Source of the DNA: Pseudomonas aeruginosa
GTDB taxonomy: Bacteria > Pseudomonadota > Gammaproteobacteria > Pseudomonadales > Pseudomonadaceae
Direction of reading: 5' to 3'
Assembly (NCBI RefSeq): GCF_001457615.1
Contig: NZ_LN831024.1
Coordinates: 2,850,001 to 2,882,000 of the forward strand
DNA length: 32,000 nt
Position 1 is the stretch's first letter, and every line of letters starts with the position of its first letter. The notes beneath the pieces were generated by a model, which saw only the letters and a list, made by a program, of their open reading frames with translations, was not told the origin of the DNA and made no database searches. Both the position numbers and the translations under genes were made by a program. Below, piece by piece: positions 1-6,979 of this stretch.

Positions 1-279
1 GCCACCGGTTATGAGCGGCAGTTGCATCGTCAACTGCTGGAGCCGATGGCCGACTACCTCGGGGACTTCGAGGTCGACCGCAACTATCGTCTGATCACCG
101 ACCAGCGTTGCCAGGCGTCGATCTACATGCAGGGCTTCTGCCAGGCCAGCCATGGCCTCAGCGACACCCTGCTGTCGGTGCTGCCGGTGCGTGCCGAGGA
201 AATCTCCGGCTCCCTGTACCAGCACCTGAAGCCCGGCACTGCGGCCCGCGCCCTGCACGAGCACGCCCTGGCCAGCTGA
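1..279 (+). CDS. pvdA: L-ornithine N5-oxygenase PvdA, C-terminal fragment (5' end lies outside the window)
   Basis: Frame 1 is open from nt 1 to the TGA at 277-279. The tail ...SHGLSDTLLSVLPVRAEEI... fits N-hydroxylating flavin monooxygenases (PvdA/IucD/SidA family). It lies immediately upstream of pvdQ, as in the P. aeruginosa pyoverdine locus. Confidence 0.8.
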   Translation, partial: ATGYERQLHRQLLEPMADYLGDFEVDRNYRLITDQRCQASIYMQGFCQASHGLSDTLLSVLPVRAEEISGSLYQHLKPGTAARALHEHALAS

Positions 280-296
280 TCGGCGCCACGCCGCCA

Positions 297-354
297 CGCC
301 CTGTGTTGCCCGTTTCCCCGCCAGGGGATGCCCGGCACGCAGGGCGTTTTCGTT
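297..354 (+). terminator. Possible hairpin plus T-tract between pvdA and pvdQ (terminator or attenuator)
   Basis: CGCCCTG (297-303) pairs with CAGGGCG (340-346) and is followed directly by TTTTCGTT (347-354). The loop is long and contains an inner CCCC-GCCA-GGGG hairpin, so this is not a canonical terminator. Confidence 0.3.
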
Positions 355-401
355 GCATGTCCCGGCCGTTCCGGCCACCACTTTGCAGAGAAACGACATC
401 G

Positions 402-2690
402 ATGGGGATGCGTACCGTACTGACCGGCCTGGCCGGCATGCTGTTGGGTTCGATGATGCCGGTCCAGGCCGATATGCCGCGGCCGACCGGGCTGGCCGCG
501 GACATCCGCTGGACCGCCTATGGCGTGCCGCACATCCGGGCCAAGGATGAGCGCGGCCTGGGCTATGGCATCGGCTACGCCTACGCGCGCGACAACGCCT
601 GCCTGCTGGCCGAGGAGATCGTCACCGCGCGCGGCGAGCGGGCGCGCTATTTCGGCAGCGAGGGCAAGTCGTCGGCCGAGCTGGACAACCTGCCGTCCGA
701 CATCTTCTACGCCTGGCTCAACCAACCCGAGGCGCTGCAAGCCTTCTGGCAGGCGCAGACGCCCGCGGTACGCCAGTTGCTCGAAGGCTACGCCGCCGGT
801 TTCAACCGCTTCCTCCGCGAGGCCGACGGCAAGACCACCAGTTGCCTTGGCCAGCCCTGGCTGCGGGCCATCGCGACCGATGACCTGCTGCGCCTGACCC
901 GGCGCCTGCTGGTCGAAGGCGGGGTCGGCCAGTTCGCCGACGCGCTGGTAGCCGCCGCGCCGCCCGGAGCGGAGAAGGTCGCCTTGAGCGGCGAGCAGGC
1001 GTTCCAGGTCGCCGAGCAGCGGCGCCAGCGCTTCCGCCTGGAGCGCGGCAGCAACGCCATTGCCGTTGGCAGCGAACGTTCGGCGGACGGCAAGGGCATG
1101 CTCCTGGCCAACCCGCACTTCCCCTGGAACGGCGCGATGCGTTTCTACCAGATGCACCTGACCATTCCCGGCCGGCTCGACGTGATGGGGGCCTCGCTGC
1201 CCGGCCTGCCGGTGGTCAACATCGGCTTCAGCCGCCACCTGGCCTGGACCCACACGGTGGATACCTCCAGCCACTTCACCCTGTATCGCCTGGCGCTGGA
1301 CCCGAAGGACCCGCGGCGCTACCTGGTCGACGGTCGTTCGCTGCCGCTGGAGGAGAAGTCCGTCGCGATCGAGGTACGCGGCGCCGACGGCAAGCTGTCG
1401 CGCGTCGAGCACAAGGTCTACCAGTCGATCTACGGCCCGCTGGTGGTCTGGCCCGGCAAGCTGGACTGGAACCGCAGCGAGGCCTATGCGCTGCGTGACG
1501 CCAACCTGGAGAACACCCGGGTACTGCAACAGTGGTACTCGATCAACCAGGCCAGCGACGTCGCCGACCTGCGCCGGCGCGTCGAGGCGCTACAGGGGAT
1601 CCCCTGGGTCAACACCCTGGCCGCGGACGAGCAGGGCAACGCCCTGTACATGAACCAGTCGGTGGTGCCCTACCTGAAGCCGGAACTGATTCCCGCCTGC
1701 GCCATTCCGCAACTGGTCGCCGAAGGCCTGCCGGCCCTCCAGGGGCAGGACAGCCGCTGTGCCTGGAGCCGCGACCCGGCCGCGGCCCAGGCTGGCATCA
1801 CCCCGGCGGCGCAACTGCCGGTGCTGTTGCGCAGGGACTTCGTGCAGAACTCCAACGACAGCGCCTGGCTGACCAACCCGGCGAGCCCGCTGCAGGGCTT
1901 CTCGCCCCTGGTCAGCCAGGAGAAGCCCATCGGTCCGCGGGCGCGCTACGCCCTGAGCCGGCTACAGGGCAAGCAGCCGCTGGAGGCGAAGACGCTCGAG
2001 GAAATGGTCACCGCCAACCATGTCTTCAGCGCCGACCAGGTGCTGCCGGACCTGCTCCGCCTGTGCCGCGACAACCAGGGCGAGAATTCCCTTGCCCGTG
2101 CCTGCGCGGCCCTGGCGCAGTGGGACCGTGGCGCCAACCTCGACAGCGGCAGCGGCTTCGTCTACTTCCAGCGCTTCATGCAACGCTTCGCCGAACTCGA
2201 CGGCGCGTGGAAGGAACCGTTCGATGCGCAACGTCCCCTGGATACGCCGCAAGGCATCGCCCTCGACCGGCCGCAGGTGGCGACCCAGGTGCGCCAGGCG
2301 CTGGCGGACGCGGCGGCGGAGGTGGAGAAGAGCGGGATTCCCGACGGCGCGCGCTGGGGCGACCTGCAAGTGAGCACCCGTGGCCAGGAACGCATCGCGA
2401 TTCCCGGCGGCGATGGCCATTTCGGGGTCTACAACGCGATCCAGAGCGTCCGCAAGGGCGACCACCTGGAGGTGGTCGGCGGCACCAGCTACATCCAGCT
2501 GGTGACCTTCCCCGAGGAAGGGCCCAAGGCTCGCGGGTTGCTGGCTTTCTCCCAGTCCAGCGATCCGCGCTCGCCGCACTACCGCGACCAGACCGAGCTG
2601 TTTTCCCGCCAGCAATGGCAGACCTTGCCGTTCAGCGACAGGCAGATCGACGCCGACCCGCAACTGCAACGGCTAAGCATTCGCGAATGA
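402..2690 (+). CDS. pvdQ: Pyoverdine-maturation / acyl-homoserine-lactone acylase PvdQ (Ntn-hydrolase, 762 aa)
   Basis: ATG at 402 gives MGMRTVLTGLAGMLLGSMMPVQA, a signal peptide. The ...RGSNAIAVGS... motif is an Ntn-hydrolase self-processing site (Gly-Ser-Asn). The penicillin/aculeacin-acylase-like sequence continues throughout. The 5' extension back to 108 in the ORF track is Arg/Pro-rich and implausible. Confidence 0.95.
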   Translation: MGMRTVLTGLAGMLLGSMMPVQADMPRPTGLAADIRWTAYGVPHIRAKDERGLGYGIGYAYARDNACLLAEEIVTARGERARYFGSEGKSSAELDNLPSDIFYAWLNQPEALQAFWQAQTPAVRQLLEGYAAGFNRFLREADGKTTSCLGQPWLRAIATDDLLRLTRRLLVEGGVGQFADALVAAAPPGAEKVALSGEQAFQVAEQRRQRFRLERGSNAIAVGSERSADGKGMLLANPHFPWNGAMRFYQMHLTIPGRLDVMGASLPGLPVVNIGFSRHLAWTHTVDTSSHFTLYRLALDPKDPRRYLVDGRSLPLEEKSVAIEVRGADGKLSRVEHKVYQSIYGPLVVWPGKLDWNRSEAYALRDANLENTRVLQQWYSINQASDVADLRRRVEALQGIPWVNTLAADEQGNALYMNQSVVPYLKPELIPACAIPQLVAEGLPALQGQDSRCAWSRDPAAAQAGITPAAQLPVLLRRDFVQNSNDSAWLTNPASPLQGFSPLVSQEKPIGPRARYALSRLQGKQPLEAKTLEEMVTANHVFSADQVLPDLLRLCRDNQGENSLARACAALAQWDRGANLDSGSGFVYFQRFMQRFAELDGAWKEPFDAQRPLDTPQGIALDRPQVATQVRQALADAAAEVEKSGIPDGARWGDLQVSTRGQERIAIPGGDGHFGVYNAIQSVRKGDHLEVVGGTSYIQLVTFPEEGPKARGLLAFSQSSDPRSPHYRDQTELFSRQQWQTLPFSDRQIDADPQLQRLSIRE

Positions 2691-2870
2691 TAAGCAATGC
2701 CTATCAGATCTGATGGGAAAAAAACTGACGGTTTTTCCGCGCTCGTTCGTCTTTAACCATAGAGGCGGCCCACAGCCGCCCGGTTCCAGGGAACACGTGC
2801 AGGCAGCGAGCAGGGATGCTCGGCTTCGGCGGGGACCCGCTACCCACTCGTCCACGAAAGGAGCGTCACG

Positions 2871-3194
2871 ATGACCCATTCGCCCGTCAAACAGATGTTG
2901 AAGGAGGCCGGCCTGAAGATGAGCCTGGCCCGGCTGAAAGTGATCGATGCGCTCTGGGAAGCCTCGGGGGAGCAGGGCCGGGTGCCGATCCGCACCCTGC
3001 ACCGGCGTCTCTCCGAAACCGGTACGCCGCTGTCCCTGGTGAGCATCCGCCAGGTCCTCGGGCGCCTGGTGGAAAGCGGCCTGGTGACCCTCGACGAACA
3101 GGATGTCTACAGCCCCGGCAAGGCTTCCTGGGGCGGTGCCGCCGGTTCCGCGGCGCCCGAGCGCCGCGCCGCGGCCAACGAGCAGCGGCTCTGA
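2871..3194 (+). CDS. Small Fur-family-like winged-helix regulator lacking a metal-binding domain (PA2384-like, 107 aa)
   Basis: AAAGGAG Shine-Dalgarno at 2857-2863. MSLARLKVIDALWE...IRTLHRRLSETGTPLSLVSIRQVLGRLVESGLV resembles the Fur N-terminal DNA-binding domain. The C-terminus is an Ala/Gly-rich tail. Confidence 0.8.
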   Translation: MTHSPVKQMLKEAGLKMSLARLKVIDALWEASGEQGRVPIRTLHRRLSETGTPLSLVSIRQVLGRLVESGLVTLDEQDVYSPGKASWGGAAGSAAPERRAAANEQRL

Positions 3195-3235
3195 CGCGGT
3201 ATCCCTGATCTCGGGCAGCGGGTAAAGTCTGCCCC

Positions 3236-4156
3236 ATGCTCAATCCCGACGATTTCCGTTTTCCTTCCATCGAAGCGTTGCAGGCGTTCGAAGCGGCTGC
3301 CCGGCTGGGTACCTTCGAGCGCGCCGCCGAACTCCTGTCGATCACCGGCAGCGCCGCCAGCAAGCGGGTTTCCGGTCTCGAGGGGATGCTCGGGGTGAGC
3401 CTGTTGCAGCGCGACGGCCGCTCGCTGGCGCTGACCTCCCACGGCCGCGAGTACCTCGAACAGATCGCGCCGATCCTCGCCCAGCTCGCGGCGGTTCCGC
3501 TGCATCGTCGCCAGGTCCAGCGCCAGCAGCGGCTGACCCTGCGCACGCCGCCGACCTTCGCCCGGCAGATCCTGATTCCGCGCCTGGCGTCCTTCGCCGA
3601 GGCCTGTCCGGAAATCGAGCTGGAGATTCTCCTGTCAAGTCCTTCGGACGGCCAGGACCTGCCGCTGGCCGATGTCGAGGTGCGCGGCGACAGCCATGGC
3701 GTGGCGGCCGGCGAGCGGCTGCTGGAGGAGCGCGTGCTACCGATGGCCGCGCCGGGGCTGCTGCTCGGCCTGCCGCGGCCCTGGACGCCAGCCATGCTCG
3801 CCGGCCTGCCGTTGCTGCGCTCGCCGCTGGAGCCCTGGCAGCCGTGGTTCCGCGTGGCCGGGCTGGACTGGCCGGAGCCCTGCGCCGGGCCGCGCCTGCT
3901 CGATTTGGGCATGACCCTGGAAGCCGCCGCCAACGGCCAGGGCGTGGCCCTCGCGCGACCCTCGCTGGCGCGCGCCTGGCTTGCCGAGGGGCGGCTGGTG
4001 GTGCTGTTCCCGCTGCGTTCGGCGCCCACCCACCATTACCACCTGCGCAGCCACCAGGCCTCGCCGGCCAGCCAGCGTTTCGCCGCCTGGCTGGCGGCGA
4101 TCTGCCGCGAGGCGGTGGTCCAGGGCAGGGAATTCCTTCCGGCGGCGGACGACTGA
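3236..4156 (+). CDS. LysR-family transcriptional regulator (306 aa)
   Basis: N-terminal HTH: ALQAFEAAARLGTFERAAELLSITGSAASKRVSGLEGMLGVSLLQR. A LysR substrate-binding-type C-terminal domain follows. Confidence 0.9.
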   Translation: MLNPDDFRFPSIEALQAFEAAARLGTFERAAELLSITGSAASKRVSGLEGMLGVSLLQRDGRSLALTSHGREYLEQIAPILAQLAAVPLHRRQVQRQQRLTLRTPPTFARQILIPRLASFAEACPEIELEILLSSPSDGQDLPLADVEVRGDSHGVAAGERLLEERVLPMAAPGLLLGLPRPWTPAMLAGLPLLRSPLEPWQPWFRVAGLDWPEPCAGPRLLDLGMTLEAAANGQGVALARPSLARAWLAEGRLVVLFPLRSAPTHHYHLRSHQASPASQRFAAWLAAICREAVVQGREFLPAADD

Positions 4157-4252
4157 AACGGCGGAATTTCCTTCCGCCGATGCCGACAATTATTCCGCCT
4201 GCGGCGGTACGTCGCGCTCTACCATCCAGCCACCCCCGAAGGAGTGGACTGC

Positions 4253-5404
4253 ATGAGCGTCATCACCGATATCGAAGACCTGCGCCGCCTGGCGCGCAAG
4301 CGCGTGCCGCGGATGTTCTACGACTACGCCGACTCCGGTTCCTGGAGCGAAGGCACCTACCGCGCCAACCAGGACGACTTCGCCGCGATCAAGCTGCGCC
4401 AGCGGGTCGCGCGGAATATCGAGAACCGCTCGCTGCGCACCCGCATGCTCGGCCAGGAGATGGCCATGCCGGTGGCCATCGCGCCCACCGGGCTGGCCGG
4501 CATGCAGCATGCCGACGGCGAGATCCTCGCCGCCCGCGCCGCCGCCGAGTTCGGCGTGCGCTACACCCTCTCGACCATGAGCATCTGTTCCCTGGAGGAC
4601 ATCGCCACGGAAGTCGGCCAGCCGTTCTGGTTCCAGCTCTACGTGATGCGCGACCGCGATTTCATCGAACGCCTGATCGACCGTGCCAAGGCCGCCGGCT
4701 GCGACGCGCTGGTGCTGACCCTCGACCTGCAGATCATCGGCCAGCGCCACAAGGACCTGAAGAACGGTCTCTCGGCGCCGCCGCGGCCGACCCTGGCCAA
4801 CCTGCTGAACATCGCCACCAAGCCGCGCTGGGCGCTGGGCATGCTCGGCACCCGGCGTCGCGGTTTCGGCAACATCGTCGGGCACGTCAAGGGCGTCGAC
4901 GACATGGGCTCACTGTCCGAGTGGACCGCCCGCCAGTTCGACCCGCGGCTGAACTGGGGCGACGTCGAATGGATCAAGCGGCGCTGGGGCGGCAAGCTGG
5001 TACTCAAGGGCATTCTCGATGCCGAGGATGCGCGGCTGGCCGCCGACTCCGGCGCCGATGCGCTGGTCGTCAGCAACCATGGCGGACGCCAACTGGACGG
5101 CGCGCCCTCGACCATCAGCGCGCTGCCGGCGATCGTCGAGGCGGTGGGCGAGTGCATCGAGGTCTGGCTCGACAGCGGCATCCGTTCCGGGCAGGACGTG
5201 CTCAAGGCCATCGCCCTCGGTGCGCGCGGGACCATGATCGGCCGTCCCTATCTCTACGGGCTGGGCGCGCTGGGGCAGGCCGGAGTGACGCGGGCGCTGG
5301 AGATCATAGCCCGCGAGCTGGACCTGACCATGGCCTTCTGCGGCCATACCGACATCCGCGAGGTCGGCCGGGACATCCTGTTGCCGGGAAGCTATCCGCG
5401 ATAG
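4253..5404 (+). CDS. lldA: FMN-dependent L-lactate dehydrogenase / alpha-hydroxyacid dehydrogenase (383 aa)
   Basis: Typical FMN-dependent alpha-hydroxyacid dehydrogenase sequence (VSNHGGRQLDG..., GIRSGQDV...). The ATG at 4253 lies 8 nt after GGAG (4241-4244). The track's GTG at 4244 overlaps the SD and was not chosen. Confidence 0.9.
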   Translation: MSVITDIEDLRRLARKRVPRMFYDYADSGSWSEGTYRANQDDFAAIKLRQRVARNIENRSLRTRMLGQEMAMPVAIAPTGLAGMQHADGEILAARAAAEFGVRYTLSTMSICSLEDIATEVGQPFWFQLYVMRDRDFIERLIDRAKAAGCDALVLTLDLQIIGQRHKDLKNGLSAPPRPTLANLLNIATKPRWALGMLGTRRRGFGNIVGHVKGVDDMGSLSEWTARQFDPRLNWGDVEWIKRRWGGKLVLKGILDAEDARLAADSGADALVVSNHGGRQLDGAPSTISALPAIVEAVGECIEVWLDSGIRSGQDVLKAIALGARGTMIGRPYLYGLGALGQAGVTRALEIIARELDLTMAFCGHTDIREVGRDILLPGSYPR

Positions 5405-5436
5405 CTGCGAACGGCGAATGGAAGGGAAGAGCGCAA

Positions 5437-5462
5437 GCCGCGCGGCTCGACGGCCGCGCGGC
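5437..5462. terminator. GC-rich hairpin between convergent lldA and the 80-aa gene (possible bidirectional terminator)
   Basis: GCCGCGCGGC (5437-5446), loop TCGACG, GCCGCGCGGC (5453-5462). Each arm is self-complementary, giving a 10-bp stem. There is no strong U-tract on either side. Confidence 0.35.
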
Positions 5463-5470
5463 AAACAGGA

Positions 5471-5713
5471 TCAGGCGGCGGAACTCCAGCGCAGGACGAT
5501 GCTGCCGTCGCGCTGCGGGTCGAGCAGCCACTGGTTGGAACGGTCGAAGCTTTCCAGCAGGTGGGCCCAGTCGCCCTCGTCTTCGCCGGGCAATCGGGAA
5601 ATGCAGGCCTGGCAGGCCTGTTGCGCGGCCGGGGCGTGGATGATGCGCTGGATGCGGGTGTTCAGCAGGTCATAGGCCGTGGGCAGGGCGGGGATCGATG
5701 CAGTGTGGTTCAT
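5471..5713 (-). CDS. Hypothetical small protein (80 aa, PA2381-like)
   Basis: ORF with a GGAGG Shine-Dalgarno 5 nt upstream of the ATG (reverse complement of 5714-5725 is gcGGAGGcaccc). I recognise no domain. Confidence 0.6.
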   Translation of the reverse strand: MNHTASIPALPTAYDLLNTRIQRIIHAPAAQQACQACISRLPGEDEGDWAHLLESFDRSNQWLLDPQRDGSIVLRWSSAA

Positions 5714-6007
5714 GGGTGCCTCCGCTTGCTTTCTCGGTTATGGGTGGGTGGATAAAGGAACCCTCGGTTCCGGCGAGATACCTTTGTAGCGGAACTCGTG
5801 TGAAGAAAGTATTGCAACGTTGTCGCAGGGGCACGCCGCAGGGATGTACGGCTCTTGGCAACGGCTCTGGCGGTAGGCGACACTGCGTCGCGAGGAAAAT
5901 CGTTGCGCATTGTTTCAATGCGCGGAAAGGCGTTTTTCCAGGGATGGGCTTTGACCGGCACCCAGTGCAAGGCAAGGTGACCGGTACTTCTCGACGGATA
6001 CGACTGC

Positions 6008-6244
6008 ATGGCGTTAGAACCTTCCGATGTTTTGCTCGAATCGGTGTTTTGTCAGCTGGATGCCGACACCCCGCGTTCCCTCCATGATCTCAAGGGCGAC
6101 CCCAGGGCCAACCTGCTGGCGATCCGCCTGCTGTTCCGCCAGGGCCGCATCACCGGCGTGCTGCTGGACGACCCCAGCGGTGCCGAGGACCAGCATGGGC
6201 CGTTGATCTACCACGCCGAGCGCCTGCGCGTGCGGCGCGGCTAA
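6008..6244 (+). CDS. Hypothetical small protein (78 aa, PA2380-like)
   Basis: ORF with GC3-rich codon usage consistent with the host genome. The SD is weak. I recognise no domain. Confidence 0.45.
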   Translation: MALEPSDVLLESVFCQLDADTPRSLHDLKGDPRANLLAIRLLFRQGRITGVLLDDPSGAEDQHGPLIYHAERLRVRRG

Positions 6245-6342
6245 CGCCGTTTCCCCTGGCCGAGCCGCTCGCTTTCCGGCGAGCGGCGAGGAGCGGGCCA
6301 CCGGGAAGGCTGCCTCGCCCGGGCGATTCCCGCCCGGCTTGG

Positions 6343-6369
6343 GTATCGTTGAATTCCATTCAACGATAC
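6343..6369. promoter_or_regulatory. Perfect 12-bp inverted repeat with 3-bp spacer (candidate operator, or PA2380 terminator)
   Basis: GTATCGTTGAAT-TCC-ATTCAACGATAC. I verified it base by base. It lies about 140 bp upstream of the 2Fe-2S subunit start and about 100 bp downstream of the 78-aa ORF stop. Confidence 0.5.
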
Positions 6370-6508
6370 GTTCAGTTCTGCCAGGTTATCCGCCGCAGTC
6401 CTCTCGCCAATAATCTCCCTTTAGTCCGATGAGAGACTCGCCGCGCCCATGGGGGCGGCGCAGTCGCCGTGCGACTCCATAACCAGAAACCAGAAAAGGC
6501 GTGCACCG

Positions 6509-6979
6509 ATGATTACCCTGAACCTCAATGGCAAGGATCATCAGCTCGATGTCACCGAGGATATGCCCTTGCTCTGGGCTATTCGCGACGTCGTCGGCTA
6601 TACCGGGACCAAGTTCGGCTGCGGCATGGGCCTGTGCGGCTCCTGCACCATCCATATCGACGGCCAGGCCACCCGTTCCTGCATCACGCCGGTGAGCCTG
6701 GCGCAGGGCAGGAAGGTCACCACCATCGACCACCTGCACACCGACAAGGTCGGCGAAGTCGTCCAGCAGGCCTGGCTGGACATCGGCGTGGCGCAGTGCG
6801 GCTACTGCCAGGGCGGGCAGATCATGTCGGCCACGGCGTTGCTGAAGAGCAACCCCGCGCCCAGCGACGAGCAGATCGAGGCGGCCATGGCCGGCAACAT
6901 CTGCCGCTGCGGCACCTACAACCGGATCAAGACGGCGATCCACAACGCCTCCGCCAAGTTGCAGGAGGCCAAGGCATGA
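6509..6979 (+). CDS. (2Fe-2S)-binding small subunit of a molybdopterin oxidoreductase (IorA / aldehyde-oxidase small-subunit type, 156 aa)
   Basis: MITLNLNGK... carries two [2Fe-2S] cysteine clusters: CGMGLCGSCT, then QCGYCQGGQ and CRCGTY. The ATG at 6509 is preceded by AAAAGG. The stop overlaps the next start (ATGA). Confidence 0.9.
   Translation: MITLNLNGKDHQLDVTEDMPLLWAIRDVVGYTGTKFGCGMGLCGSCTIHIDGQATRSCITPVSLAQGRKVTTIDHLHTDKVGEVVQQAWLDIGVAQCGYCQGGQIMSATALLKSNPAPSDEQIEAAMAGNICRCGTYNRIKTAIHNASAKLQEAKA

Noticed and set aside
123-1529. A 468-aa ORF antisense to pvdQ, together with similar long antisense or out-of-frame ORFs: 2887..4029(-), 3844..5643(+), 6916..9132(-), 7365..9320(+), 12566..13834(-), 12895..15006(+), 16206..18758(+), 20133..21305(+), 24996..26408(-), 26836..28395(-), 28402..30921(-), 31046..31918(+).
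   Set aside because: All of them overlap strongly supported genes in another frame or on the other strand. Their translations are Arg/Ala/Gly/Pro-rich low-complexity sequences, typical of stop-codon-poor alternative frames in DNA of 65% GC or more. They have no recognisable motifs and no SD.
2689-2707. A Fur-box-like GATAAGCAATGCCTATCAG at the pvdQ stop, upstream of the Fur-like gene.
   Set aside because: Only 8/19 positions match GATAATGATAATCATTATC by hand alignment. That is not better than chance in an AT-containing spacer.
2714-2744. GGAAAAA...TTTTTCC inverted repeat after the pvdQ stop, as a possible terminator.
   Set aside because: The stem is only 7 bp and almost entirely A/T, with a 9-nt loop. 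It is too weak to call.
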